Source: Camelus ferus (taxonomy: Eukaryota). From it: a DNA stretch of 64,000 bases. The DNA lies in assembly GCF_009834535.1 (NCBI RefSeq), contig NC_045707.1:61630001-61694000 (forward strand). Reading direction: 5' to 3'. Under the pieces are notes generated by a model that was not told the origin of the DNA, ran no database searches, and saw nothing but the letters and a program-made list of their open reading frames with translations. Shown here in pieces: positions 25,492 to 38,218 of the stretch (position 1 is the stretch's first letter; every line of letters begins with the position of its first letter). Made by a program: the position numbers and the translations under genes.

Positions 25492-28400
25492 GAGAGAAAT
25501 TAAGATGTCATCTAGCTCAAATGCAGAGGGGTTAAGTAAAATTCAGGTACATCTGGCTCTGATGTTAATTTTGCTATTGTTCATGTGAAAATGTGATTGA
25601 AGAGATGAAGATATCCCTGTATGTTTATCTCACTAGTCTTTTCCCAACTCACTGGCTGATGGTGTTTCTGGGGTCAGTACCCTCTTAGGGCTCTGCTTTG
25701 CCCCTTGCCCTTCCTACCTATTTACTATTCATGTAATTAGTCCTCCTGAACTAGGAGTAGAGCTGATTCACTTGGCTTATGTATATTATCTTTCTACATA
25801 CAGAATGCTTACTGACTTGGTCCTAATGGTCCCTACACAAGTGAAATGTGGCTGTGATTAGGAGGAGTGCATTTGAGAATTAAATAGTGTCTGCATTCAG
25901 CTTTTAGCAGCTAGGCTATTTCTGCTCATTATGATCAAGCCAAACTTTGTAGAATCAATAGATTTCCTCAACACTGCTTTAATTATGATGAAAAATATTG
26001 TCCTTTGGGTTAAAAATTTTCTTTACATTTTAGCTGATTGTGGGAATGCATATTTTAAAGAAAATCTAATGAATAATCAGTCATAATCACTATAATATAA
26101 ATACTAAAAATATCATTTCCCCCACTCATCTGGGAGAGCAAATAATTCATTACAGATGAGTGAGAAAAAAGTCAGTTTAAATTAGTTTTCTCCACGTATA
26201 TCTTGAAAGGAGTACACATAATTTTTTTTCTAGGTTATACTAGAAACTGGATCTATTGAGTATTGTTCTGCGGATTATTAATGGGAACCAAGTACATATC
26301 AAATCCAGTGTTTATACCTTTCCATTTTGACTTGCTTTTACAGTCTAATGTTGTCATTTTTTAAATCAATTCTTACAGCATCCAGAACATGCATTACATA
26401 GATTGAGTTTTGAAACTATCATGTGATTTTTAAGGCCTATAAACATTTTCCTACCTTTTCAGTTTTAGTATACCTGTGTAGAAGGCCTAGGATAATTTTG
26501 AAATTTTATGTAAGAATATTCATGTGAAAATCCAATTGCTAAATGATAAAAATTTTGTATATAATCTATACAGGATGGACAGGGGTCATGATAAGATATT
26601 TATAATTTCAGAAGCCTGAACTCAACCGCCTATTATCAATTGAAAATTAAAATCCTTGGTTACAAGTAGCTAATAATTATTAAAAGGATTATTACACTTC
26701 TTGGTGTCTGATAAAGTCTATAGTCAATCTTTGTAGTAACTTTATTATTTTTCTCTAATAACTCAGAATTTACAGTGATTCAAGATTCAAAATAACCCCA
26801 TATGCTAATTAATGAACTAGAGGCTGTGGATGTCAGTGTGAGAGGAGTCAGTGCTGGATGAATGAGAGCAATGCTGAGCAGCAGGGATGAGGCAGTGACA
26901 GAGCGCGGATGCGCAGTGGAGCTGTCTTTGAATTTATGTTACATTTCTTCAGCAGTGTTGCAGAATCATTTAATTTGATTTAATAAGCTTATTTTAGGAC
27001 ATTCAAATGTATCACTTTGTGAAGAATTATTAATTGTATAATAAAAATATACCATATAACACTTTTATTTGGCATTGAGAATTTGCGTCCCTTATATAAT
27101 CTGATTCCCTTAACGTCTCAGAGATGGACAGGGCAGAGAGAGAAAAATCAAGGGCAAAAACCAAGGTTTCTTCTCAAAACTTGTAATTTTGCTAACAATA
27201 ACCATTTGTTTCACCCTAACATAAGGTGTTTTCTTGCTCAAAGGCCACTGGCATGAATTTAGTATTCCAATACCTATTTAAAATCTATATTGTAAATATC
27301 TGGGGGTTAAAGATATTATAAAAAGAAAAGTAGATTAATTATGAGAGAAAGTAATAAAACATAGATTGTAGAAGGTGCTCGGTAATAAGAATTTCCTTGT
27401 GATGTTGTGTTTGAAGCTGGGATATCCTGTCACAGTCCTAGAAATTTTCGTTGCTATACCACTTTAATATTAAAAAGTTATTCATCACTATCTCCTTTAT
27501 TAATGAAATAATAAAGATTTTGGCTTGATATGTTTCTTTCTTAGTTTGGAGAAAAGTCATATCCATTAATTTTTAGATTTCTATAACTCTTTGTTCTTCT
27601 CCAGGTAAAATCCATGAAAACATTTTAATATTTTACTTCAAGATAAAAGGGATATTCCATTAGCAATTCTATCACTGAAAACTTATGAGAAGATGAATGT
27701 TGAGTTGTGAGATAGAAATGCTATACTCCCTTGAGTTTTTTTTTAATTGACTCAATTGACTTCTTCTCATTACTTTGTCTTCCACACATACTCACATTTG
27801 TGTCTTTTTTGTTAAATATTAAATTCTGTCTTTTCCCCTTGCCTCCTCTTTGTAGAGTAATACAGTTTGTTCCTCCCTTTTTACGTTTCCGTCATTTCTA
27901 GTTCCGTTATTATTTTCATTCCTAAGGGCAATGTGTTTATTTGCCTCATCATCCTCTTTGAATCTTTCCAGTTTGGGAATGAGAATGTCCATGTTTTGAT
28001 TACTCAATAAAAGACGAGGTTTTTTTTCCCCATCCTTTTTCTTTATATTTTTCAACTGACATATTCAATTATTATTTCCAGACCGTAACGAGACTTAAAT
28101 AAAACCGACCACTGAGACTGCCAGTTTTCTCCATGGTTCCATAAAGCCAAAGGCAATTTTCCTGAAATACCAAGCTCTTTTTTTCTCTTCCTGTCAACAG
28201 CTGGAGGACTGACCGTTTTCTCTAAAAGCAAGTGAGAGATACTATAATTTTCTATATTGCTTGAATTTTATTTGAGCTGCATTTTCAACTAGCGCTGCCC
28301 TGTGGCTACTAATTGTCACTTTGCTAAAGTGTGGCTTTCACCAGAACAGAAAGATTGTTACTACCTGTCTTCTATCACTTCCATGGTGAGTTCTCATTCA

Positions 28401-28699
28401 TAAGTCTTTGAGACAAGTGCCAAACCCAAAACATTAACTGAGACAAACTAGAAAGCAAAATTCTTTGACAATATACTGTATGTAGTATATACGATATCCA
28501 GTATAACATAACTGTGGTGTATTGTAGAGTCGGGGATGTCTGACACAGCAGTTTTAGTAGGCATGATGGAAAATTTGTTGAAATGTTTGGTTATTATACA
28601 TGTTTTCCTTTTAATATGTGAGGGTCATTTTGAAGTGTTGGCTGTCTACCATGTGATTTAAGAACTCTGGGAAATCCTTCCTGCCCCCAAATGCTTCTC

Positions 28700-29250
28700 C
28701 AAAGGCATGTTTCTAATTTTCCCTACCGATAGAGTGATCTTTTTGTAGCAGAAGTCTTACTCTGAACTTTCTTCTTTATAATCCTTTGATGTCCCCAGAA
28801 GATTCAAGATAAAGTTCAGAATCTTAAGCTTGGCCCACGACCGTTCATTTTTAGCCTCTGCATTGTGCCTGGACATCACGCAGAGCCATGTTGAATGGCT
28901 TGTGATTCTTTCCTTATCTCAGGCTGTTTCACACCTGTGCCTTTGTCTGGAGCATCCTTCATCTCATATCACCAACTTCCTCACCCTGAAAAACTCAGCT
29001 CATTTGTCGTATTACACATGAAACCTTCATGGAATGTTTTCTCCAAACTCCTGTTGTTTGCCAGCATCCCGTGTAAACCTCGTGTATTATGTATTACTCC
29101 ACTCTAATCAATGTCTGTCTCCCCTGACATAAAATACTGAGAGATGTAAAAATGTCTTATTCAGGTTGTACCCTCAATACCTTATACAGTGACTGGCACA
29201 TTTTAAGGTGTTCAGTAAAGGTTTGTGGAATGAATGTGTGAATGAATCAA
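28700..29250 (+). mobile_element. L2 3' end
   Basis: 'aagataaagttcagaatcttaagcttggccc' ... 'acagtgactggcacattttaaggtgttcagtaaaggtttgtggaatgaatgtgtgaatgaat'. Confidence 0.8.
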
Positions 29251-30727
29251 TTAATGCTTGATATTTCAACATTGGAAATTAATTTTTTTGTTTTAAAGAT
29301 CTAATTTACCAAGTTATTCTCTTTTAAAGTGAACATTTTTGTAAGTGAGATAACATATTAACTCACTGTTAGTTTTACCTCTTTCAGTGCAACAAATATC
29401 CTTTTAAAACTAGTTCATATAGCATAGGACTAGGCTATAAGGATGAATTTCTTTACTATTTTTTGTAGTAATAGGTCCATGAGATCAAGAGAAGAGGGAC
29501 TTAGATTTTAGTCTTGGCTCCGCAGCTCCTATCCATCTCTTGGCCCTCCTTATTATTTAAAAAGAAGAAAATAATGTCCATGCTATGGGGTTACTGAGAT
29601 ATATACATACATTCTTAAGAGATATGTAAGAACAATATTCTAGTAGAATTTACATTCGAACTTTATTTCCCAATGCATGAGTCTAGGAAAGGAGAATTCC
29701 TGATTTGGAATAAGAAAGAGAAGTGAATTTAGTTTGAAGATTCTGGCCAATAGCCTGGGTAGATACGAGTTTGACAATAGGGCACATAAAAGGGGAAAGG
29801 AATACAGAAGGGATGTTGGGCACATAAAATGGCAATGACATAAAATCTCCTACTTCACGATTCTTCTCATGACTGACCCTGCACAGTCTAATAGTCTTGG
29901 CCAAGTACCTTCCAAAAGTGATACTGAAACACAAGTCATGAAGCTTTGGCTCAGGTTTAGAATGATTATTTTCTGAAAGAGAAAGATCCAAACATGAAAG
30001 CTTCTGCCATTTCATAAGGGTATGTGAATAGTGCAGGTAAGAAGCGTCTACTCCTCTTTCCTTCACTTGGCTTGGCTCTTCTGCTGAGAAATACAGTTAA
30101 TTACAGTTTATTGTAAATATATTAAGTCTCTGTTAAGAAGAAGAACAATATAGTCACATGGCCCTAAACTGTTGGTTGATTGGCTCAAATAGGTTGGTCT
30201 GATTTTGGCTCAAGTTCAACACTTAGAAATTACTTTCCAAAACACTCAATTTAGATGTGTGCTCTTGCATGCTTTGTTAATCTGTTATCACCCATACTGT
30301 AAACAACTTACTGCAGGAGAATGATAGCCTCTTGAGTTTGCCAATTGGCATAGTTATTTCCCACCACAGTGGAATATACCCCAAACATATGAACCACTTT
30401 CATGTTCTTTACTAGCTTGGTCATCATTTTTGCCCACAACCTGTGATGGCATTTTGATTAAGGTCTCCTCAAGAGGAACAGTAGTAAAGGTGTCAAGGAT
30501 GGTAAATTTCAGTGGGAAGATTATAAACTTTTTTTTTGCAGAATGTTGTAATCACTAATGATAAAGCAAAAAAAAATTTTTTTTTATTTTAAAAGTTTTA
30601 TGAGCCTGGTGTCATTGGAGATAGAGATTTAATCACAATATATGCAAATTCTACATCTTTTCATCCTTCTTCAATACATAGAAAACATTGTTATCTTCAA
30701 AGATTCACCTGTGTCATGGCCCATTTC

Positions 30728-30940
30728 TATAGAATCGTAGGTCTGCAAGGGATCCCTAGAGCTTATTTGTTGTTTCTGTATATGATTAAATATTTAAACC
30801 ATCTCAGACAGTTAATCCTTAATAATTTATTAAAGCATCTTAAAATCCCCTTCTAACAACAATTCATGTGTACATCTCATAAAACTTTCTCATTGCAATC
30901 TCAACTCTTCTTCTGGCCTAGTGAAGGCATAAAACTTCTA
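30728..30940 (-). mobile_element. Possible L3/CR1 3' fragment
   Basis: Begins 'atagaatcgtaggtctgcaagggatccctagag', resembling the antisense CR1/MIR3 tail. Confidence 0.4.
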
Positions 30941-32779
30941 TAGAGTAAATCCTTACAGAGTTGAAGATTATGATCAATAAGTCTTGAAGACTTTTATCTT
31001 TAAAAATACGTTGTAAAGGCATTTTGGGGTGTATAAATCCCTTGGACATGTTTTGTAAAGTGTGAATAATCATATCTTTGGTTTTGTTTGAAGCACAAAA
31101 ATTGATCAGTAGAGGACAGTTTGTTTTCTCCTCTGGAGTTAGATACAATGTGAACATTGATTTGGGGGAATGAGGATGATTTAAGTTCATACAGACCGAA
31201 ACTCTGTATACAGAAGATAATCAAATTTCATGTAGCAAGATAGGAAAGGTTTGGGCTTTTTTATGGAATTTTGTCTTATCTTTCTTTAGCAATCATAGGT
31301 GAGGTTTTAATTCCTTGACTAGATGAATGAGAAACATATAAGGCTTTAGAAAGTGTGGTGTTTATTGAAAGATGGCTTTATTGTGTTGCAAAAGTCGCAT
31401 TTGATTTTGGTTTTGAACAAATAGTCTTTGCAACCTTCTCAGATCAGCTTCCTCTGGATCCAGTGTTCCAAGTGCTGGCTGATTTTGAAGTTTTTCCTGC
31501 TTTCTGTGTGATTCCGAGAGGTGCTTACTGATCCCTGGGGTTTTAAGACCATTCGATCCCTAAAGGTTCCACCATGGTAGGAAAGAATCGAAGGAGAGAG
31601 AGGAGTGGAGGGGTGCACTGTGCTCAAATTGTACTGGACGGACATGCAGGTCAGGGGACCTGGTTCCTCCTAACCCTGGACTTAAACGGACTAGATTCAA
31701 GACCTTAAAATGTGTCCTCAGATCGTGGTCATTTTATTCCCAGATGAGAGGAAGGATGGGATGTTGCTGTTTTGCAGAATGAATGATTAGGCAAGAGAAC
31801 TTCAGGTAGAAGTAAGGATTACAAACTCACTGCCTATTCAGACTTAACAGAGCATTTGGGAAAGGTAGCTGCTTAGGATGGTGGGTGGATACCAATCTGT
31901 TTGTTTTTGCTCTTTTTCCTCAAGTGTATTTTTAAAACATTTAATTAGAGGAGAAGTATTTCATTGTATATATTTTTGTACTATTAAGAATAGAATTGGT
32001 TTCAAGCGATACTCTAAGATTTACGTGTCATTGATTCTGAGCCAATTAAAATAAACATAGTGTTTAGGCTTAATCCAGGCAGTAAAAATTACCTTGAAAA
32101 AAAGAATATTTTGTCATGCATGTCTCTTCTGTACCCAAATTTAAAGCTAAAATCTTATGAAACTGCTTCCATTTTTATCCTAAAGTGGTACCTTAAATTT
32201 ATATAATGATGTTAGAGAAATATTTATTCTTTAAAAATGAGGATACCCTATATGCCAATCTTCATCTTTTTCCAACAAAATTTGTACTTACTTTTAAGGA
32301 AATATATTTAATTTAATGTAATTATATGATCAGGTTAGGTGCAGATTTTATTTTACCTAGGATTTGCTAAACACTTAATTTAAAAATATAATATTTGATG
32401 TAGCTTATCAAGGCAGATTGGCATAAGACCTGAATTAAAATACTCTCTGATTAAAATAAATCTGAGTTTCAAAGAATACATTTTTTTTTTTAGTAAAACT
32501 ATGACCTACAGCACTATCTGATCTTTTTCCAGTTTTCTGGTTTTAACTAGTATCTGATGTTTCATTACACAACCTTAGCAAACGTTAGAAGATAATGAAC
32601 ATTCCATAGATGAACAAAAAAAAGTTTGTAGTTGCTGGTTTGCTTTGATGCCTTTTAATTGTGTTAGTGCTTCTTTGGCCAAACAGATCAAATAAGAGCA
32701 TTCAATCCTTGAATTTTTCTGTTTTACTTACTAAAAAACATACTTGATAGGTTTTCCTGTTTTGACAATGATTTACTTT

Positions 32780-32955
32780 GATACTGAAGCCATGTGGAGG
32801 AGGTAAATCCTGTTTTCCTTATCTTAAATATAGGATTACTGATCAGTTCATAAGGATTAAATGAATGTCTAAGATCACACAGCCACAGATGGGAAGAATT
32901 GCGATTTGAACTTTGGCCTTTGGATCCTGAATTCTGTGGTCTGTTTATTACATGG
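32780..32955 (-). mobile_element. MIR SINE
   Basis: 'ggattaaatgaatgtctaagatcacacagcc...gatttgaactttggcctttggatcctga'. Confidence 0.7.
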
Positions 32956-33184
32956 CTTTTCTTATGTTTTGCTTCAAGGATGTGTGAGCTAGGTTTTCTA
33001 GGAGGTTGAGATTTCAACAATGGAATATAAAGTTTAAAGACCCTTAGGATATGTACTGTGGATCTGAGCTTTTATTGAAAATGTGTCATGCTGTATGCTC
33101 ATTTAGCTGAGTTTTTTCAAAGTCACTTAACACAGCTTCAAGAAACAGTTTCATTCATGTGAATATAGACTATAAAAAGATTGC

Positions 33185-33400
33185 TAACATTTCCTGAGTC
33201 TGTGCCAGACATTGAGTTAAGAAATAAGCCTGCATCATTCAATATGATACTTGAAAAACTTCTGATAGAAAGATACTGTTACTGACTTGATTTTACAGGT
33301 GACAGAAAGGGAGATCATAAAGCTAGTGAGCAGAGGAGCAGGGATGAAAACCCAAGGATGTTGAATTTCAGAGCCTTCGGCTTTGAACTTCTATTTCCTG
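33185..33400 (-). mobile_element. MIR SINE (decayed)
   Basis: 'aacatttcctgagtctgtgccagacattg', 'attttacaggtgacagaaa' and 'agctagtgagcagaggagcagggatgaaaaccca'. Confidence 0.65.
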
Positions 33401-34454
33401 CTCTTCTGACTTTTAAAAATAAAGCTTTCTGTTGAGAAGTCAACATACAAGAAGAAGCACTCCTCAAGGAAATTTAATGACAGTACATATATTAATGGAA
33501 TAGTACATATATTGCAACAAACTTAACTCTTAATTCATACCCTGTTTTTTCAACACTGCCAGGTGTAATGGGAAATTTGACAGCTTTGGATTCCCACCCA
33601 TGTGGCTTCTAAAATGAGTGCTGTTTTTTCTACCATATAAATGGCTCTGGGACTCAGTTTCCGTATCCTGGAAAACAAGATCCCATATCCTGCAGGGCTG
33701 TTGTAAGATCTGGATGGTAATTTTTGTAGGGTGGTCGTGACTGTATACAACGGCTCCTATTTCCCATTTCCCTTCACACTAACAAATGAACTCTACTGTC
33801 CGTGAGTCTGTGGAGGGTGGAGATAACTCCGTTATTTTGGTAAGAAGACAAATGTTCTTGCCTTGGTGCTGGTGGAACAAGGCTTTTGATTTCCCACATT
33901 GTCTTCCTCTTTCAGTCTACATCCTTCTGAGTACTTTGGTTGGTTCACTGCAGGGTGTGACTCTTGAGCCATGTCTGCAGCAGCCTCCACGTGATGACTC
34001 CGGTCGCTCACCGCAGTCGCTGAGTCAGTGTTTAAGGAGCTCATAACCTAGAGCTCTGTGCTCTGACCTTTTCTCTATCATGAACTTGCAGGCTTCTTTG
34101 GATGAGATCATTTAAGCACAAAAGGACCTGACTTTTCTCCTCCATACAGTGGAGATAGCCAAGGATCCCAGTGAATACCAGAAATGGAATGGAGAATTTT
34201 ACTCTGACATTATGACGGAGCTGACAAATGAGTTGCACTTATTTTAATCCATCAAGTGTGGCCGTGTGAAATGAATGCTTCTGTTCCACTGGAAATTCCA
34301 AGAGAAACAGGACCGAGCTCTCCGGGCATAGCTGCAGAAAGTACCTGAATCACATGCTGAATTTTAACCTAGCAAATGCAAGATTCTGAATTCAATAGCT
34401 CATAAAAAAAAAAAAAGCACAGTTAAACAAAGAAAAGTGCTTATGGTCCTGTGA

Positions 34455-34650
34455 CAAAGACACTTACTTCCTCGGGGGCCTTCCCTGACTCCCTCCACCT
34501 CCTATATTTTTCACTAGCGCACATCACAACTTCCGTTTTCTAGTTAGCAGCCTCTCTTTCCCGAGGGCAGGGATCATGTCTGATTTTTCACTGCTGTGTC
34601 CTTAGCGTCTCACCCTATGCCTGGCCCTGGGCTTGTTAACAAATTGTAGA
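34455..34650 (+). mobile_element. L2 3' end
   Basis: 'cttcctcgggggccttccctgact' and 'gagggcagggatcatgtctgatttttcactgctgtgtccttagcg'. Confidence 0.75.
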
Positions 34651-36109
34651 ATGAGAAAGGGGACTTGTTAACAAATCGTTCTAAATCAGCTGACTCAGGA
34701 GAGAGAATACTTGGCTTCTCTTCAAGACCCAAAAGGGAGGATTTGGAAACAAAGCAGATGTAATACATAGGAAATCCATTGAAACTCACTATGTATTTAA
34801 GAGCCAAATGGGGAAGTCCGTAGCACTAGTTAAAGAGGTTGGCAGTATTCAGAACTAGAGGTGAGATGAATTAAGAACTGAAAACATCATGAAAGCTAGG
34901 AATGGGAAAATAGAAGGTATCCAGGCCCACCTTGGTGCTGTGGATCACGTGGCCTGTAGGGAGGTGAGCACAGAGGACCAGAGCAGATAGAAGGCAGACA
35001 CCGTGTGGGAGGCTGCTGCTGGGGAGTTGCCCATATTAACTCACACTAGCTGCAGAGAAGGGGTTCAAATGCTGCATCACTTATCGTTAAAAAAAATGCG
35101 TAGAATTAAGTCTTTTGTGGGTTTATAATTAGAGCTATTTAAGGAAAAAATGTTGCAATGATTAAAAGGAAATAAAAAGATGTATGCTGCTAAGTAAGGA
35201 ACATAAGCTCAAAGTCTTCTGAAAAGGCATCTGTGAAGCCCCTCTCAAGTAAATCCCACACATCCTCTTAAAGAGATGCTTTCTGAGGACCAGTAAGCGA
35301 CTGCCTTTCCTGGCAGGATAATTAATAACCATGTGCCAAGAAGCGTTTTGTAAGAGACTCTCCCTGTTGCCAGAGTCTCATCAAATTTAGCACTTTCTTG
35401 TCAGGGTCAGGACCTTCCTTCAATGGCTTTGGCCTCATTTGTGGCTTCTGTCCACGGAGCTTCGGAATCATAAAAGGGTGCCATTCCCTAGGACTTAGGC
35501 TGTATTCTGTGGTTTCTTTCCAGCTGTGAAGAGGATGCCTGGGCTCAGGGCATGGCATTGTAAGGAAGCACTGCTACATGTGGTCCCAGCTGTAAATCCT
35601 GCTTGATTGAGACTGTGGGGTCAAAGGAGGCCAGCAGGTGAGGCTAAGGCTCCTGGGGGGAGGCCAGGATAGGGTACTGTTGCCTGCCAAGCCTGACAGC
35701 CAGAATGCCCAGGAACCTGCGGTCTGTGCTCTAAAGTAAATAAGTCCTGCAGAGCCACCAGACACTGCAGCCATATTGTGAAGACTCTGCAACTGTCCAG
35801 ATGATTGAATATTTGGTGTTAGTGGGAACACTCCTTAAATACAGGTGACTAGAACTATTCAGCTGAAACTCGTAAGAGACTTAACTTGCTGCTTTATTCA
35901 TCCTGTGTTTACTACATTTAAATCCCTGACCTTCTATTGATTATAAGTGAGATGTGGAGGATGGGCTGGAAGTCCTGTATGAAAGTTTTACGCCAAGTAT
36001 AGTAACTGTCTGAGTCACTTCATCCCTGATCTGGTTTTACAGTTGTGTTCTAAAGACAAGTAGAACATATTCTTCATTTAGTTCTTGAGGGTCATCCATT
36101 TCTTAAACT

Positions 36110-36345
36110 ACCATTTATTGAGCCGTTGGCTGTTGCTTAAGACCTTGTGCTGAACTCTTTCTATATATTGTCTTAATCCCCAAAGAACAAACTTTGAGGT
36201 GGAGTTTAGAATCCCCATCTTACATATAAGAAAACCGGAAATTTTCAGACGCAGAGAGATTGCCAGTGAAGCAGCAGAGTTTGTGCACAGACTGATGGAG
36301 CTAGGTCTGACCTCAGAGCCTGCGTTCTTACCTGGCACCAGTGCA
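36110..36345 (-). mobile_element. MIR SINE
   Basis: 'ccatttattgagcc...atccccatcttacatataagaaaaccgga...ggtctgacctcagagcctgcgttctta'. Confidence 0.85.
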
Positions 36346-36394
36346 GCTTGCCCCAGGAAGCTTCATTAAAGGCAAGCTGCATCTGCGTGTGCAG

Positions 36395-36640
36395 AGTGAT
36401 GGTGCTAGTATGACATGAAGGTTACAAGACCTGGCTTCAAGTTCTAGCCCAGTTGACCAGTTACTGGCTGAGTTTTCTTGGTTAAATCACTAACTTCTCT
36501 GAACTTGTTTATTCGTCTCTATATTGGAGATGATGATAATAATTATTGTCCGACATCACAGTGTTAGTTTGAGGATCATAAGAGGCATTGTATGGGAAAG
36601 TACTTTACAAATAGTAAAGCAATATATAATATTAGTTATT
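36395..36640 (+). mobile_element. MIR SINE
   Basis: 'aagacctggcttcaagttctagccc...aaatcactaacttctctgaac...tgttagtttgaggatca...aaagtactttacaaatagtaaagc'. Confidence 0.8.
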
Positions 36641-37299
36641 TTCCACCAAACCCTTTTTTCTATCTCCTTTAGAGATAGGAAATATCTATCTTCCTAGCTG
36701 TAATTAGGTTTGGTCAAAGCCAGTTTTTTAAGGAAACCTGAAATTTGAAGTTATGTTCACACATAGTGAGTTATTTGGCAGTCTCTACGAAGAGTTTTTG
36801 CTGTATTCCTGAAAACAAATGTGAGCAGCCTCAAGATCCCAGTCTTGAAGTTACTAAGTTGTACCTTTTATATTAATCTATTCAAAAGGGCTGTTGAGTG
36901 CAATGAAAAGGCAGGAAAGGATCCAGTGGGCTGGGGATATCCAGAAAACACATTCCATATAACATTTCAGTGGAATTGGTGCGTTGTTTTATTCTTTGTA
37001 ATTTCAGTGTCTCACTGTGATTTAGGTGGACTCTCATCAGGCCTGTTAACTTCCAGTGAAGTTGATGAAAAGTAAGGGGCAGGAACCACAGTGGGTTTGT
37101 AAACAAATTCCCTTTCCCTGTGCCTGTAAATCATGAAAGCATACCATTCAGGACGTCCTATCATTTGGTGCTGCGTTCTGTCCAGCTAGAAATTTCATTC
37201 TCTCGTGGTGGTAGAAAGAGAATTTATGCAAAACATAATCTCTTTCCTGCCCCTTGGCTGAGCTTTCTGCCCTTTTCTTACCTTACTTTCTTACATATT

Positions 37300-37860
37300 A
37301 GGGGAGTAAGTTTTCTAAAGTTTAAATCAGAGCCCACTGCTTCCCTGCTTAAAGCTGGCTAGTGGATTTCCAGTGCAACCAGAATAAAATCTACCCCCTT
37401 GGCCATGACTTATAATGCCCAGCCTTTCCTTCTGACTTCTTCCCAGGATCTCCTACCTGCTCACAGAATCCAGCTGCCCTGGGCTTCTTTCTGCTCCTTG
37501 CCGGCTTGTTATCCGGTCTTGATCCTGATTTCCTTCTGCCTGGGCTGCTCTTTCCCCTGATTCTCCCAGGGCAGCCTTCTCAGCCTTGAGGTTGACATGC
37601 AGAGGTCACCTCTTCCCAGAGGCCCTCCCCAAGCTCGGGCTATGAACCTGCCGACCAAGCCACTCTAGACCTGCCACCCCACCTTGTTCTCTTTCTTTCT
37701 CATCAGTAGTCTCTGACAGTCTTTTATTACTTGCTGCCCTGCTCATCATCTGCCTCTCCCCAGTGGAAGGTTATCTGCCCCACAGTAAGTTGCATCTTGT
37801 CCTTGGCTGTGCCCTGGGAGTCTGGCACATCGTAGGTTTTCAGGAGTGGTGCTTAGTAAA
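37300..37860 (+). mobile_element. L2 3' portion
   Basis: 'agaataaaatctacccccttggccatgactt', 'ggtcacctcttcccagaggccctcccc' and 'gtctggcacatcgtagg'. Confidence 0.75.
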
Positions 37861-38119
37861 CGACTTATAATCATTTAACTGAAAGCTGCTGATTTAGTCA
37901 CTTGTCTTTTCTGATATTTGTCTTCTTGATTCGTCTAAGGAGAATAATAATTATCTGCTCTATCTAACTCCCAGGAATTGTACGAGCACATAGTATAGGG
38001 TTCTTTTAAGGCCTTGCGTTAGGATTGAGGTACATGGATGAAGGATGGGGCCTGTTTTGAGGAGAGCACCGTGCAGTGAGGTAGGCAAGGACATAGACAA
38101 TGAGCTTGGACACATGTCA

Positions 38120-38218
38120 CTACTGTGCAGGATTGCTGAGTTGCACAACCCTGGGGGTGCCATTCAATTCGTGGTATGTAACACCCAGCTCCATTGCTCT
38201 GAATTATGTAACGCTCTG
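38120..38218. mobile_element. MER91-like hAT-Tip100 MITE remnant
   Basis: 'ctgtgcaggattgctgagttgcacaaccctgggggtgccattca' resembles one arm of the palindromic MER91. Confidence 0.6.

Noticed and set aside
34632..34676. 13-bp direct repeat cttgttaacaaat containing a palindrome
   Set aside because: Short, at an L2 tail, and most simply a micro-duplication.
38145..38165. CTCF-like motif in the MER91 remnant
   Set aside because: Key core positions are degraded (ccctgggggtgc versus CCASYAGRKGGC).
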